Shown piece after piece: positions 1-13,006 of a stretch of 64,000 nt of DNA; position 1 is the stretch's first letter; the number at the start of each line of letters is the position of its first letter. Position numbers and translations under genes: made by a program. This DNA is from Mobula hypostoma (lineage: Eukaryota): NCBI RefSeq assembly GCF_963921235.1, contig NC_086109.1, positions 18,044,001-18,108,000 of the forward strand, in the 5' to 3' direction. The notes under the pieces are model-generated. The model did not search any database. It worked only from the letters and a program-made list of their open reading frames with translations, and was not told the DNA's origin.

Positions 1-18
1 GTCTCCATCAGACCCTGT

Positions 19-321
19 TGTCAGGGAGTTTAGAGGAGGCTTGGCTCAGAAGCAGAGTAATGGAGATGATTTAGCAGAAATTGATATTTTACTAATAAAC
101 TGCAAAATAACCAGCAATGAGGGGCTACAAAATGAGAGCGAACAGATACTTAACACAACAAGCTAACTGAAGGCTAGAGAAACTGGCTGAGGTTGGCTGG
201 TTCAATTAATGAACAAAGTACTGTTTTAAATAGGCTACAGGTGATGAATTGGAAATAGGGCACAAGTGATTCCTGTTAGCTGGGTGGAGAATGGGAGGTG
301 CCTGCCTGTGCAGGTTTGACA
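19..321 (-). mobile_element. Probable solo LTR (Gypsy-like)
   Basis: TGTCA...TGACA termini 303 bp apart; TATA-like CTATTTAAA on the minus strand; no TSD seen. Confidence 0.4.
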
Positions 322-325
322 TCAT

Positions 326-440
326 CCTGAAACATTTACTGTTTATTCCTCTTCATAGATATTGCCTGACCTGCTGAGTTCCTCCAAAGTTTTCTGTGTG
401 TTGCTCTGGGTTTCCAGCATCTGCAGAACCCCTTGTGTTT
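326..440 (+). mobile_element. Penelope pLTR-derived short element, 3' part (hammerhead remnant only)
   Basis: GAAACATTTACTG...TGCCTGACCTGCTGAGTTCCTCC...TTCCAGCATCTGCAG tail shared with the PLE copies at 13.5 and 31 kb. Confidence 0.75.
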
Positions 441-874
441 ACGTTCATTGCTCCCAGTTTTATTCTGCACTATTTGTGAGCAGGCTCTCCTTGCCTGCTC
501 TATGAAGCCTTTAGAATAGTCCTTGGCCTTCATCCTTTTTTTTTTAGAGGAGATTAATGCACATTACAGAGACACTTTCTAACTATATTTCCTTATCTTT
601 CTTTGTGTCATCACCATGGTTGAGGTCAGACTGTTTCTTTCTAAGCTCTGTCTAGTGCCCATCACTCTGTCTCTCTCCTTGGAGGCCTGATTGGCTTGCA
701 GATAAAGCTCAGCCCAGTCATTATTGTTAATAAATAGAGCCAGCTCCCTCAGTCCTCCATTTTCTCCACAAAGTGAACTCCTCTTAATGATGTTGCTATA
801 GTTTTCTTCCTTCTAAACTTGACATTACACATTAGGGTTTATTTGCAATGCAGTGAGAAAAAGCCATCTTCAAG

Positions 875-1658
875 CTTTAGTTAATGATACAGCTCTATAA
901 AACCCTAGTCAGGCCACACTTGGAATATTGTGTTTTGTTCTGGTCAACTCATTATAGGAAGGATGTGCAAGATTTAGAGAGGGCGCAAAGGAGATTTACC
1001 AGGATACTGCCTGGATTAGAAAGCGTGTCTTAGAAGGAGAGATTGAGTGAGCTAGGGGCTTTTCTCTTTGGAGTGAAGGAGGATGAGAGGTGACTTGATA
1101 AAGGTGTACAAGGTGATAAGAGGCATAAAGTGGACAGCCAGCGCCTTTTCCCCAAGGTGTCAATTGTGAATACGGGAGGGCAAAATTTTAGGGTGATTGG
1201 AGGAAAGTATAGGGGCATCACGGCAGCGTAGAGGTTAGCACGCCGCTTTACCGTACCAGTGGCCCAGGGTTAATTTCCCATCGCTGGCTGTAAGGAGTTT
1301 GTATGTTCTCTCCGTGACCACGTGGGTTTTCTCTGGGTGCTCTGGTTTCCCCCCACAGTCCAAAGGCGTATCGGTTAGTAGGTTAATTAGCCCCATGATT
1401 ATGCTAGGATTAAATCGGGGGAATAACTGAGTGGCATGGCTGGAAGGGCCTATTCTGCACTGTATCTCAATCAATCAATCAATGTCAGAGGTAGATTTTT
1501 TACAGAAATGGAGGGTGCATGGAGCGCGCTGCCAGGTGTGATAACCGAGGCAGATACATCAGGGATCTTTAAGAGACTCCTTGTTAGGCACATGGATGAA
1601 AATGGAGGGTTATATGGGAGGGAAGAGCTAAATTGATCTTGGAGTAGGTTAAAAAGTC
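875..1658 (+). mobile_element. CR1 LINE 3' fragment, interrupted by a SINE; its tail resumes at ~3105-3160
   Basis: LYKTLVRPHLEYCV.FWS-type C-terminal ORF2 coding; 3' tail GGGCTGAAGGGCCTGT...GTTCTATGTTC after the nested CR1. Confidence 0.85.
1219..1483 (+). mobile_element. HE1-like V-SINE (tRNA head, V domain, CR1-type tail)
   Basis: V-domain GGAGTTTGTATGTTCTCTCCGTGACCACGTGGGTTTTCTCTGGGTGCTCTGGTTTCCCCCCACAGTCCAAAG; tail GGAAGGGCCTATTCTGCACTGTATCT(CAAT)n. Confidence 0.85.
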
Positions 1659-3105
1659 CATAAGACCATAAGACATAGAAACAGAATTAGGCCATTCAGC
1701 CTATCGAGTCTGCTCCACCACTCCTAGATCCCATTTAACCCCATGCACCTGCCTTCTCACCATGCCTTTTGATGCCCTGACTGATGAGGAAACGATCAAC
1801 TTCCACCTTAAATATACGCACAGACCTGGCCTCCACCAAAGTCTGTGGCAGAGCATTCCACAGATTTACCACTCTCTGGCTAAAAAGATTCTTCCTTACC
1901 TCTGTTCTAAAGGGTCACCATCAATTCTAAGGCTATACCGTCTAGTTCTGGATACCCCCACCATTGGGAACATCCGCTCTACATCCACCCTATCTAGTCC
2001 TTTCAACGTTCTGTAGGTTCAATGAGATCCCCTTTCATTTTTCTAAATTCCAGTGAGTACAGGCCCAAAGCTGCCAAATGCTCCTCACATGTTAACCCCT
2101 TAATTCCTAGAATCATCCTCGTGACCTCCTCTGGACTCTCGTCAATGAGAACACATCCTTTGTGAGATATGGGGCCTAAAACTGTTGACAATACTCTAAG
2201 TGCAGCCTGACCAGTGTCTTATAAAGGCTTAGCATTATCTCCTTGCTTTTATATTTTATTCTCCTTGAAATAAATGCCAACATTGCACTTGCCTTCTTTA
2301 TCACAGACTCAACCTGTAAATTAACCTTTTGGAAGTCTTGCACAAGGATTCCTAAGCTCCTCTGTATGTCCGATGTTTGCACCTTCTCCCCATTTAGATA
2401 ATAGTCTGCACGATTGTTCCTTTTACCAAAATACATTATCATACACTTTCCAACACTGTATTCCATCTGCCACTTTTTTGTCCATTCTTCTAATTTATCT
2501 AAGTCCTGCTGCAATCACATTGCTTCCTCAGCATTACCTATCACAAAACCATTATCTAAATCATTGACAAACAATGTGAAAAGCAGCAGTCCCAATACTG
2601 ACCCCCGAGGAACACCACTAGTCACTTCCAGCCAGCCAGAAAAGGCCCCTTTGATTTCCACTCGCTGCCTCCTGCCTGTCAGCCATTCCACTGTCCATGC
2701 CAGTATCTTTCCTGTAATGCCATAGCATTTTATCTTGTTATGCAGCCTTATGTGTGGCACCTTATCAAACACCTTCTGAAAACCCAAGTAAATGACATCC
2801 ACTGTCTCTCCTTTGCCCACCCTGCTTGTTACTTCCTCGAAGAACTCTAGCAGATTTGGCAGCCAAAATTTCCCTTTACAGAAACCATGCTGATTTTGAC
2901 TTACTTTGTCATTAGTCTCCAAGTACCTCAAAACCTCATCCTTAATAATGGACTCCAACATTTTCCCAACCACTGAGGTTAAGTTAACTGGCCTATAATT
3001 TCCTTTCTTTTCCCTTCCTCCCTCCTTAAAGAGTGGAGTGACATTTGCAATCTTCCAGCTCTCCGGGACCATGCCAGAATCAAGTGATTCTCGAAAAGTC
3101 ATGAG
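1659..3105 (-). mobile_element. CR1 LINE, 5'-truncated, RT domain to 3' end, frameshifted
   Basis: ORFs 2515-3207 (WKIANVTPLFK, NYRPVNLTS, QHGF, SGVPRGSVLG) and 2176-2514; (TCTTATGG)n-type tail at 1659. Confidence 0.92.
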
Positions 3106-3559
3106 TCGGCACAATATTGTGGGCTGAAGGGCCTGTATGCAATGTTCTATGTTCTTCTGCTGGAGCAGAACTTGCCAGGATCTGCCGAAGTAAATAACAG
3201 AGTGCAAGGCACGTGTGACAGCACAGATCTCTCAGCATGGCATCAGCCTATACTGAATGCTGAAGCACTTGGAGTGGAATTAAGACCCACATCAACCTGA
3301 CCCAGGGCTGAAACATCACCAAAATGTTGTCCCTGTGGCTCAGTGGACAAGTACAAAGCCAGCTGGTGCACAGAATGGTCCAATGGACCGTATGCGGAGA
3401 AACGGTCAGAGACTTTGATTGAAGGAGGGTCTTTGGTGAGTTTGCCTGGAAGGGAACATTCCTGTCCTTCCAAATAATGCAGGGTAAAGCTCTGAGGGAA
3501 GAGGGTGCTTTGGTTTGACAGCATGTTCTATTGAAAATGAGCAGTTAGCCCATCCACTT

Positions 3560-4275
3560 AGAACATAGAACAACACAATACAGTTAAGGCCTCTTGGACC
3601 ATGAGGTTGTGCTGACCGTTTAATATACTCCAACATCAGTCTAACTTTTCCCTCCCTCATAGCCCACCAATTTCTTTCATCCATGTCTCTTAAATGTCCC
3701 TAATGTATCTGCCTCTACCACCACCCCAGCAATGCATTCCATGCACCTGCAACTCTCTGTGTAAAAAAAAATCTACCCCGATATCCCCCAAATACTTTCC
3801 TCCAATCACCTTAAAATTATGTATTAAGTTAGGGAAAAAGACACTGGCTGTCCACACTGTCTATACTTCTTATCATCCTATATACCTCTATCAAGTCATC
3901 TCTCATTCTCCTTTACTTCAAAAAGCCCTAGCTCGCTCAACCTCCCCTCATAAGACGTGTTCTCTAATGCAGAGACCATCCTGGTAAATCTCCTTGCTCT
4001 CTCTGAAGCTTCCACATCCTTCCTATAATGACGCAACCAGAACTGAACATAATACTACAAGTGTGGTCTAATCAGGGCTTTATAAAGCTGGAGCATTACC
4101 TTGCAGTGCTTGAACTCAATCCCCCTGACTAATGAAAGCCAAAGCACCATACGCCTTCTTAAGCAACTTGTGCGGCAATTCTGAGGAGTCTGTCGATGCG
4201 GACCCCAAGATCCCACTGTACCTCCACATGACTAAGAATCTGGCCATTAAGTTTGTACTCTGCACTTCCAATCTT
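3560..4275 (-). mobile_element. CR1 LINE 3' fragment
   Basis: KKAYGALAFISQG motif; GTTCTATGTTCT tail. Confidence 0.8.
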
Positions 4276-4734
4276 TCTGGTCTTCCTTTGTGAAAGGAAC
4301 TATAAAAACAGACATCACTTACATCATTAAACCTCAAATTCACAGTGTTGTATGATGCAGACGTTGCAGCCAGGGGAAACTGAAGCTGGAGTGCTCTCTG
4401 TTGGTGACAGGAGGAAGTGATGGAGATGGTTGAGAACTGACCAGGTTCACAGGGGTAAAAATAATCCACAAACTCTGCTCACTGCCGGATACATCTTCTA
4501 GTGCCTCAGTTCAGCTTACAGAGCAGGACTCCGTAAAAATGGACAAGTATATTGTAAACCCATAATGTAGGGCTAAAATTCCAAACATTAAGAATTCAGT
4601 TAATATCTGTTCCATCCATTTTCCACTTGAAAATAAAGGAAATATTGCACAGCATAGTTGCTGGTGAAGGATATGGCATAACTAGCTCAAGCAATACAAC
4701 TAACTCTTCCATATGGAAACATTTTGAGAGCTCT

Positions 4735-5000
4735 GTATAGCTCCATCGTGACTACCCCAGCATTGAGGACATCTTCAACAAGTGAGGCCTCAAAAAGGCG
4801 GCCTCCATCATTAGAGACCACCACCACCCAGGAGATGTCCTCTGCTCATTGCTACCATCAAGGAGGAGGTACAGAAGCCTGAAGACACACACTCAATGTT
4901 TTAGGAACTGCTTCTTCCATTCTTCCAACAGATTTCTGAATGGACATTGAACCCATGAACACTACTTCACTAGTTTTTTTTTTTGCTCTCATTTTGCGCT
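4735..5000 (+). mobile_element. Rex1/Babar LINE 3' fragment
   Basis: ASIIRD.HHPG..L.SLLPSRRRYRSLKTHT C-terminal motif. Confidence 0.75.
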
Positions 5001-5002
5001 AC

Positions 5003-8000
5003 ATAGAAGAATAACATAGATCAGTACAGCACAGAAACAGGCCCTTTGGCCCACAATGTTGTGTTGAACCATTTAAATTAGGAATCAACTGAATAATTTC
5101 TTCTGCCTATCTTTCCATGTTCCTCGCAATCATGTGCCTATCTGAATGTCTCTTAGAAGTCGTTAATAATTCTACTTCTACCACCTCCCCAGGCATCCAT
5201 CACTCTTTGTGTAAAAAAGCTTGCCCTTCACATCTCCTTTGAACTTACCCCCTCACATCTTAAATGCATGCCCTCTGGATTTAGACATTTCAAGCCTTGG
5301 AAAAAGGTATCATCTGTATATTATCTGTGTGCAGTTTTGGGCTCCTTATTTAAGAAAGGATGTGCTGACATTGGAGAGGGTTCAGAGAAGATTCACTAGA
5401 ATGATTCCGGGAATGAGAGGGTTAACATATGAGGAACGTTTGACCACTCTTGGACTGTACTCCTTGGAGTTTAGAAGAATGAGGGGAACCTCATAGAAAC
5501 ATTTCATATGTTGAAAGGCATGGACAGAGTGGATGTGGCAAAGTTGTCTCCCAAGGTGGGGGAGTCTAGTACGAGAGGGCATGACTTAAGAATTGAAGGG
5601 CTCCTATTCAGAACAGAGATGCGAAGAAATTTTTTTAGCCAGAGGGTGGTGAATCTGTGGAATTTGTTGCCACGGGCGGCAGTGGAGGTCAAGTCATTGG
5701 GTGTATTTAAGGCAGAGATTGATAGGTATCTGAGTAGCCAGGGCATCAAAGGTTATGGTGAGAAGGCGGGGGAGTGGGACGAAATGGGAGAACAGATCAG
5801 CTCATGATAAAATGGCGAAGCAGACTCGATGGGCTGAATGGTCAACTTCTGCTCCTTTGTCTTATGGTCTTATGGTAGACTCTACTTATGTCTTTAATAG
5901 TCTTATAAACCTCTATCAGGTCTCTCCTCAGCCTTTGCCACTCCAGATAAAACACCCCAAGTTTGTCCAACCTCTCTTTAAAGCACATGCCCCCTAATCC
6001 AGGCAGCATCCTAGTATACCTCTTCTCGCACTCACTCCTAAGCTTTGACATCTTCCTATAATCAGGTGACTAGCACTGTATGCAGTACTCCAGATGTGGC
6101 CGAACCAGAGTTTTATAAAGCTGCAACATAACTTCCTGATTTTTGAACTCATTGCTTCAATTAATAAAGGCAAGCATGCCATAAGCCTTCTTAACCACCT
6201 TATCATCCTGTGTAGCCACTTTCAGGGAACTATGAACTTGACCCTGAGATCCCTCTGCTCTTCAACCTTGTTATCAATACACTGATCTCCATATCCTCCA
6301 TGTCCTTCTTCTTGGTAAATACTGATGTAAAGCATGGTCATCTCCAGAAAGACAAACATCCCACAATGTGTGATCAAGATCAGAAATACAAACATCAAAC
6401 AAGTCAACAAATTCAGATATCTTGGCAGCCTAATAACAAGTGATGGCAGGTGCGACACAGATATCAAATACAGAATAGCAATGGTGAAGAAAGCTTTCCA
6501 AAAATGAAGACCATATTAACAGACAGAAAGATGAGTATGTACACTAAAAACAGAATATTGCAGTGCTACATTTATTCTATCCTGACTTATGGAAGTAAAT
6601 GCTGGACCATTTCCCTAGCAATGGAAAAGAGACTAGAAGCAGCTGAGTTATGGTTCTAAGGGAGAATGTTAAAAATATCATGGACCACACACACATGAAG
6701 AAGTTCTCAGAAGAGCCCAAGCAATTAGATCACTCATACCAATAATAAGAGAAAGACGACTCAGATTCCTAGGACACATCATGTGGAAAGATGAGCTAGA
6801 AAAACTCACACTCTCTGGAAAGATTGAGGGGAGCAAACCTAGAGGAAGACCACGGCTTATGTACATCAAAAGCCTAGCCAGGTAGCTACACATCAAAGAA
6901 ATGGAAGTCATCCAAAGAATGAGGGATAGATCTATATGGAAAACCATGGTCACCAAAGTCTGCATCGGATATGGTACTTAGACAGACAGACTGATGTAAA
7001 GTACTTATTAAGGGCCTTGCCCACATCCTCCACATCAAGCAAATGTTTCTCCCACTTTATCCATGAGTGGTCCTATCCTCGCCAGTTATCCTCTTGCTCT
7101 TGATGTATGTATTGAATGCTTTGAGATTCCCTTTAATCCTACTTGCCAATGAGTTTTCATGGCCCCTAGCTTTCCTAATTTCCTTCCTGAGTTATTTTCT
7201 GGCTTCTTTATAATCCTAATGGGGGCTGTTTGATACTATCTTCCGAAGCTTTACATACTTTTCGTTTTTCTTCTTGACTAAATTCATCACCTCTTCCCTT
7301 GCCATCCTTGTCCTTCCTTCTTACTGCAGCATACCTGTCCTGTACTCTGTGTAGTTGATCTTTAAACTCTCTTCACATGTCAGATGTGAACTTGTCTAAA
7401 AATGGCTATTCCCAATTAACTCTCTCTAGTTCTTGCCTAATGCTCTCATAACTTGTTCTGTTGCACTCTAATGCCATAAGGTCCATACCTATCTTTACCT
7501 GTAGCTATCTTAAAACTTAGGAAAGCTTAAAACTTAACATGTAGGATAGATAAAGGGGATGCAGTGTATGTTGTATGCTTGAACTTTTAGAAGACCTTTG
7601 ACAAGATGCCACATATGAGGCTGCTTACAAAGGTAAGGGCCTATGGTATTACAGGAAAGTCATTGGCATGGTTAGAGCATTGTCTGATCGGTAGGAGGTA
7701 GTGAGTGAGAATAAAAGGATCCTTTTCTGGTTGGCTGCCAGTGAATAGTCGAGTTCCTTAGGGGTTGGTGTTGGGACCACTTCTTTTTATGTCAATGATT
7801 CAGATGATGGAATAGATGAATTTGTTGCCAAGTTTGCAGATAATATGAAGATTGGTGGAGGGGCGGGTAGTGTTGAGGAAACAGGAAGGCTGCAGAAGGA
7901 ATTAGACAGATTAGGAGAATGGGCAAGAGAGTGGCAAATGAAATACAATGTTTGAAAATGCATGGTCATGCACTTTGGTAGTGGAAATAAATGTGCAGAC

Positions 8001-9005
8001 TATTTTCTAAACATGGAGAAAATCCAAACTTCTGAGGTGCGAAGGGTCTTGGGAGTCCTTGCGGAGAAAACCCTAAAGGTTCACTTGCAGGTAGAGTCGG
8101 TGGTGAGGAAGGCAAATGAAATGTTAGCATTCATTTCAAGAGGTCTAGTATACAACAGCAAGGATGTGATGCTGAGGCTTTATAAGGCACTGGTGAAGCC
8201 TCACCTTGAGTATTGTGAACAGTTTTGGGCTCCTCATCTAAGAAAAGATGTACTGGCATTGGAGAGGCTTCAGATGAAGTTCACAAGGATAATTCTGGGA
8301 ATGAAAGGATTATCATATGAGAAATGTTTAATAGCCCTGGGTCTGTACTCGCTGGAATTTAGAAGGATGAGGGGGGATCTCATTGAAACCTTTCGAATGA
8401 TGAAAGGCCCAGACAGAGTAGATGTGGAAAGGAATGTTTCCTATGGTGGGGGAGTCTAGGACAAGAGGGAACAGCCTCAGGATAGAGGGTCGTCCATTTA
8501 AAACAGAGATGCAGAGGAATTTCTTTAGCCAGAGGGTGGTGAATTTGTGGAATTTATACCACAGACAGCTGTGGAATCCAGGTTATTGGGTGTATTTAAG
8601 GTACAGTTTGATAGGTTCACTGCATTAAATGTTATGGGGAGAAGGCTGGGGAGTGAGGCTGAGAAGGGGAAAAAAAGGATCAGCCATGATTGAATGACAG
8701 AGCAAACTCGATGGACCAAATGGTCTAATTCTGCTCCTATGTCTTACGGTCTTAAAGTGTTGTGGTCATTGTTCTTTAACTGTTCACCCACTGAAAGGTC
8801 AGTCTCCTGGCCAGGCTCGCTACCCAACACCAGGTCCAGTACAGCCACTCCTCTTATTGGGCTATCTACATATTGATTTAAGAAAGTTTCTTGGATTCAC
8901 CTAACAAATTCTGCCACATCTAAACCACTTACATACACTGAGAAGGTCCCAGTTTATATCAGAGAAGTTGAAAACTGCCGTGGCAACAACCCTATTGCTT
9001 TTACA
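5003..9005 (-). mobile_element. Old CR1 (minus strand) fragmented by younger CR1 (+; 5325-5875 and 7535-8752) and RTE (6333-6989) insertions
   Basis: CR1 ORF2 motifs on both strands (ORFs 5221, 5508 and 7962 on +; 5842, 5994 and 6222 on -); the minus copy is collinear across the inserts. Confidence 0.8.
6333..6989 (+). mobile_element. RTE-clade LINE, 5'-truncated, 12-bp TSD
   Basis: KFRYLGSLITSDGRC / LTYGSKCWT / EAAELWF / GRPRLMY motifs; (GACA)n tail; TSD ACTGATGTAAAG at 6321-6332 and 6990-7001. Confidence 0.9.
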
Positions 9006-9009
9006 CCTT

Positions 9010-9388
9010 TTGTTCAAACTCCTAATGAAGTATAGTCGCTGTCTTGCATTCTTTATAAATACATCGATATGTTGGGACCAGTTTAGGTCCTCAGAGATCT
9101 TGACAGCCAGGAACTTGGAACACTCTCTCCACTTCAGATCCCTCTGTGAGGATTGGTATGTGTTCCTTCATCTTACCCTTCCTGAAGTCCACAATCAGCT
9201 CTTTCATCTTACTGATGTTGAGTGCCAGGTTGTTGTTGCAACACAATTTCACTAGTTGGCATACCTCACTCCCACTCTTGTCTCCATCTGAGATTCTACC
9301 AACAATGGTTGTTTCATCCGAAAATTTATAGATGGTATTTGAGCTAAGCCTAGCCACACAGTCATGGGTATATAGAGAATAGAGCAGA
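9010..9388 (-). mobile_element. Rex1/Babar RT fragment
   Basis: YKFSDETTIVGRIS, NNLALNISKMKELIVDFRK. Confidence 0.85.
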
Positions 9389-9830
9389 GATTCATTTCTG
9401 CAACCAAAGGTCTTGATATGATTTTTTTGAACCTCGGCTTCAAATTAAAGTTTTTTTGTAGCAAGATCAGTTCTTCCCCCATTCTTCCTGTTAATTCCTC
9501 ATCACAAGTGTTCAGCATGGATTTATTATCCAATCTGGAATTTCGATTGAGGGGAGATACGAAAATTTTTCTGACTTGGTTATGCAGCTCACTCAGGTAG
9601 ACACAGTACACCTGAAGATGATTATCTGGTATTCTTTCTTTTTCTTCCTCTCAGAGAGGTTCAGAAATTGGCAAAGGTCATGATGGCCAATGTTGCACTT
9701 AAATAGGGCAGAAGTGTGGAGATGACTGATTTGACTTTGATAAGATACACATCATTTCCTTGTAACTGAAGACTGATTCATTAAACTTTGCAAGTAATTC
9801 TGACAGATAAGCAATGTTATATTTAATATT

Positions 9831-10344
9831 AGAAACATAGAAAATAGGTGCAGGAGTAGGCCATTCGGCCCTTCGAGCCTGCACTGCCATTTATTATGAT
9901 CATGGCTGATCATCCAACTCAGAACCCTGCCCCAGCCTTCCCTCCATACCCCCTGACCCCCGTAGCCACAAGGGCCATATCTAACTCCCTCTTAAATATA
10001 GCCAAAGAACTGGCCTCAACTGTTTCCTGTGGCAGAGAATTCCACAGATTCACCACTCTCTGTGTGAAGAAGTTTTTCCTAATCTCGGTCTTAAAAGGCT
10101 TCCCCTCTATCCTCAAACTGTGGCCCCTCGTTCTGGACTTCCCCAACATCGGGAACAATCTTCCTGCATCTAGCCTGTCCAATCCCTTTAGGATCTTATA
10201 CGTTTCAGTCAGATCCCCCCTCAATCTTCTAAATTCCAACGAGTACAAGCCCAGTTCATCCAGTCTTTCTTCATATGAAAGTCCTGCCATCCCAGGAATC
10301 AATCTGGTGAACCTTCTTTGTACTCTCTCTATGGCAAGGATGAG
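9831..10344 (-). mobile_element. Young CR1 3' fragment nested in the hAT transposase
   Basis: Open ORF 9919-10386 (ERVQRRFTRLIPGM...FFTQRVVNLWNSLP); CTATGTTTCT tail; ATT duplicated at the junctions. Confidence 0.92.
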
Positions 10345-10451
10345 GATTCTTGAGTTGATGACTGAATGAAGAATTTGTGTCTTCAAAGGATTTTACCACA
10401 GTTTTCAGAAAGCACAGAAAAGCATCTCAGGCAGTTTCCTTTTTGAGAGCC

Positions 10452-11688
10452 ACACTTAGATCCCCTCCAGTTCACCTACCAGCCCTGACTAGGAATTGAG
10501 GATGCCATCGTCTACCTGCTGATCCGTGTCTACGCCCACCTGGACAAGCGGGCGAGCAGTGTGAGGGTCATGTTTTTTGACTTCTCCAGTGCGTTCAACA
10601 CCATCTGCCCTGCTCTGCTGGGGGAGAAGCTGACAGCGATGCAGGTGGATGCTTCCCTGGTGTCATGGATTCTTGATTACCTGACTGGCAGACCACAGTA
10701 CGTGTGCTTGCAACACTGTGTGTCCGACAGAGTGATCAGCAGCACTGGGGCTCCACAGGGGACTGTCTTGTCTCCCTTTCTCTTCACCATTTACATCTCG
10801 GACTTCAACTACTGCACAGAGTCTTGTCATCTTCAGAAGTTTTCTGATGACTCTGCCATAGTTGGATGCATCAGCAAGGGAGATGAGGCTGAGTACAGGG
10901 CTACAGTAGGAAACTTTGTCACGTGGTGTGAGCAGAATTATCTGCAGCTTAATGTGAAAAACACTAAGGAGCTGGTGGTAGACCCAAGGAGAGCTAAGGT
11001 ACCGGTGACCCCTGTTTCCGTCCAGGGGGTCAGTGTGGACATGGTGGAGGATTACAAATACCTGGGGATACGAATTGACAATAAACTGGACTGGTCAAAG
11101 AACACTGAGGCTGTCTACAAGAAAGGTCAGAGCCATCTCTATTTCCTGAGGAGACTGAGGTCCTTTAACATCTGCCGGACGATGCTGAGGATATTCTACG
11201 TGTCTGTGGTGGCCAGTGCGATCATATTTGCTGTTGTGTGCTGGGGCAGCAGGCTGAGGGTAGCAGACACCAACAGAATCAACAAACTCATTCGTAAGGC
11301 CAGTGATGTTGTGGGGATGGAACTGGACTCTCTCACTGTGGTGTCTGAAAAGAGGATGCTGTCCAAGTTGCATGCCATCTTGGACAATGTCTTCCATCCA
11401 CTACATAATCTACTGGGTGGGCACAGGAGTGCATTCAGCCAGAGACTCATTCCAACGAGATGCAACACAGAGCGTCATAGGAAGTCATTCCTGCCTGTGG
11501 CCATCAAACTTTACAACTCCCCCCTTGGAGGGTCAGACACCCTGTGCCAATAGGCTGGTCCTGGAATTATCTCCTGGCATAATTTACATATTACTATTTA
11601 TGGTTTTATTACTATTTATTATTTATGGTGCAACTGTAACGAAAACCAATTTCCTCCGGGATCGATAAAGTATGACTATGACTATGAC
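10452..11688 (+). mobile_element. Young Rex1/Babar LINE, 5'-truncated, nested in the hAT transposase
   Basis: Contains the open 330-aa ORF; 3' end GATAAAG(TATGAC)3. Confidence 0.92.
10561..11553 (+). CDS. Rex1/Babar reverse transcriptase, C-terminal half (partial, uninterrupted)
   Basis: FFDFSSAFNTI, TGAPQGTVLSPFLF, QKFSDDSAIVG, YKYLG motifs. Confidence 0.85.
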   Translation: MRVMFFDFSSAFNTICPALLGEKLTAMQVDASLVSWILDYLTGRPQYVCLQHCVSDRVISSTGAPQGTVLSPFLFTIYISDFNYCTESCHLQKFSDDSAIVGCISKGDEAEYRATVGNFVTWCEQNYLQLNVKNTKELVVDPRRAKVPVTPVSVQGVSVDMVEDYKYLGIRIDNKLDWSKNTEAVYKKGQSHLYFLRRLRSFNICRTMLRIFYVSVVASAIIFAVVCWGSRLRVADTNRINKLIRKASDVVGMELDSLTVVSEKRMLSKLHAILDNVFHPLHNLLGGHRSAFSQRLIPTRCNTERHRKSFLPVAIKLYNSPLGGSDTLCQ

Positions 11689-13006
11689 ATCTATGTGCAA
11701 CAGTAAGCATTCAAACTTTTCATCATTCTCAATACAAAGCTGTAAAATAGTCAAGAATTGAGAGCACGGAACCTGATTTTATTTACCACTGTGATAACAG
11801 TATTTAATAAATTATGCAGCTGATCACTTAGGAGTTTTTCGAGAGTATGTTGTCCATGAATTACACAGCGAATGGTAAATATGTTTGTACAACTTTTTTC
11901 AAGAAAGTAATAACTCTGTGGTGGCGTCCTCTCACTGAAGGTGCCCTGTCTGTTGCACAAGCAAGAATGTTAGTGAGCAGAATATCCTTCTCTTTGAAAC
12001 ATTGCTCAACAGCCCAATATATTGACTCCTCCTTCATAGTCTCCTTGCAAGTAGCAACTCTTGAACCGTGCTTTCATCTTTTCATGTTTCATCTTTTAAC
12101 CAAGAAGCAAAGATTCATTGCCTGGCAAAGTTGACTCATCCAAATGCAGAGCAAATTCTGCTGTTCTAAGTACGTAAAGCACAATATGTCTTCCACATTC
12201 TCAGACATTTCATCTATTCATCTTTGACCTGAGTTTTTGCTAAGCAGAATCATTTTAATTATTAGGTCTGGTGACTTATGCTAAACCATACTCAGAACCT
12301 CACTTACTGCTGGCAGAATCGGATCTTCTCCAGTTGTATGGGGCTTTCCAGATTTAGCAATGAACAACGAATTGCTGTATGAAGCATGCAAACCCTCGCT
12401 GTTTGTTGTGAAGAGCTGGCAAAAAATTTCTGAAGTGTTTTCCATTTCTGAAAGTTTTCACAAAATGGCTGAAAATAAGCTGAGTTCATGTTTGCTTTAG
12501 CAGAATGTATTCTCTCCAAGTGTTCAAGGAGCTTGGATTTTTCATTGCCTCATTTGAAAAAGTGATTTCACACAACCGGCACATTGTCTGCTGTTGGTTG
12601 CTTGGTACTGGTATAAATCCATAATTCAGATACTCTACACTCTACTGTCGACACCTCTTTTTCACCTGGTCTGCTTCTGCCATTTTCACAAGGGATTAAC
12701 AGTTATGCTCAATTGCCTATTTCTTAAACTAGCCTCAAATGCTACAATCAATAATGGGAAAGTTATGATGTCACCACAGCTCAGACAGAACCTGACTCTC
12801 TGTCTGAAGGTACATGAAGTGGGATAGTGATATCTCGGTTGGGCCATGGGCTAGAGAAAGGTGATCAAGGCAGATTCTGAACTTTAACCCACTGACCACC
12901 ATACCCGAATTCACAGGAGTTGCGTCACTGATTATGGAATCTGTGGTACAGCAGCAAACCACAATAATGCCTGGGCCTGGCCTTGAAATAACACAATTTC
13001 ACCTGT

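Larger units (their letters stand above)
9389..12683 (-). pseudogene. Decayed hAT (Buster/Charlie, ZBED/SCAND3-like) transposase in three pieces: 12683-11690, ~10451-10345 and 9830-9389
   Basis: Minus-strand translation: MAEADQVKKRCRQ*SVEYLNYGFIP..CRLCEITFSNEAMK (BED finger), FALHLDESTL, ACATDRAPS, RCVIHGQH, LLLHIDV|WLSKGNCL, NIAYLSELLAKFNE, EIPDWIINP; many stops and frameshifts. Confidence 0.88.

Noticed and set aside
600..780. Promoter-like cluster (ATTGG, AGATAA, TAAATA)
   Set aside because: Short motifs only, with no downstream exon evidence.
4323..4495. Possible minus-strand exon ending at a GTAAGT donor (4322-4317)
   Set aside because: No convincing acceptor, no recognisable protein in any frame, and no partner exon.
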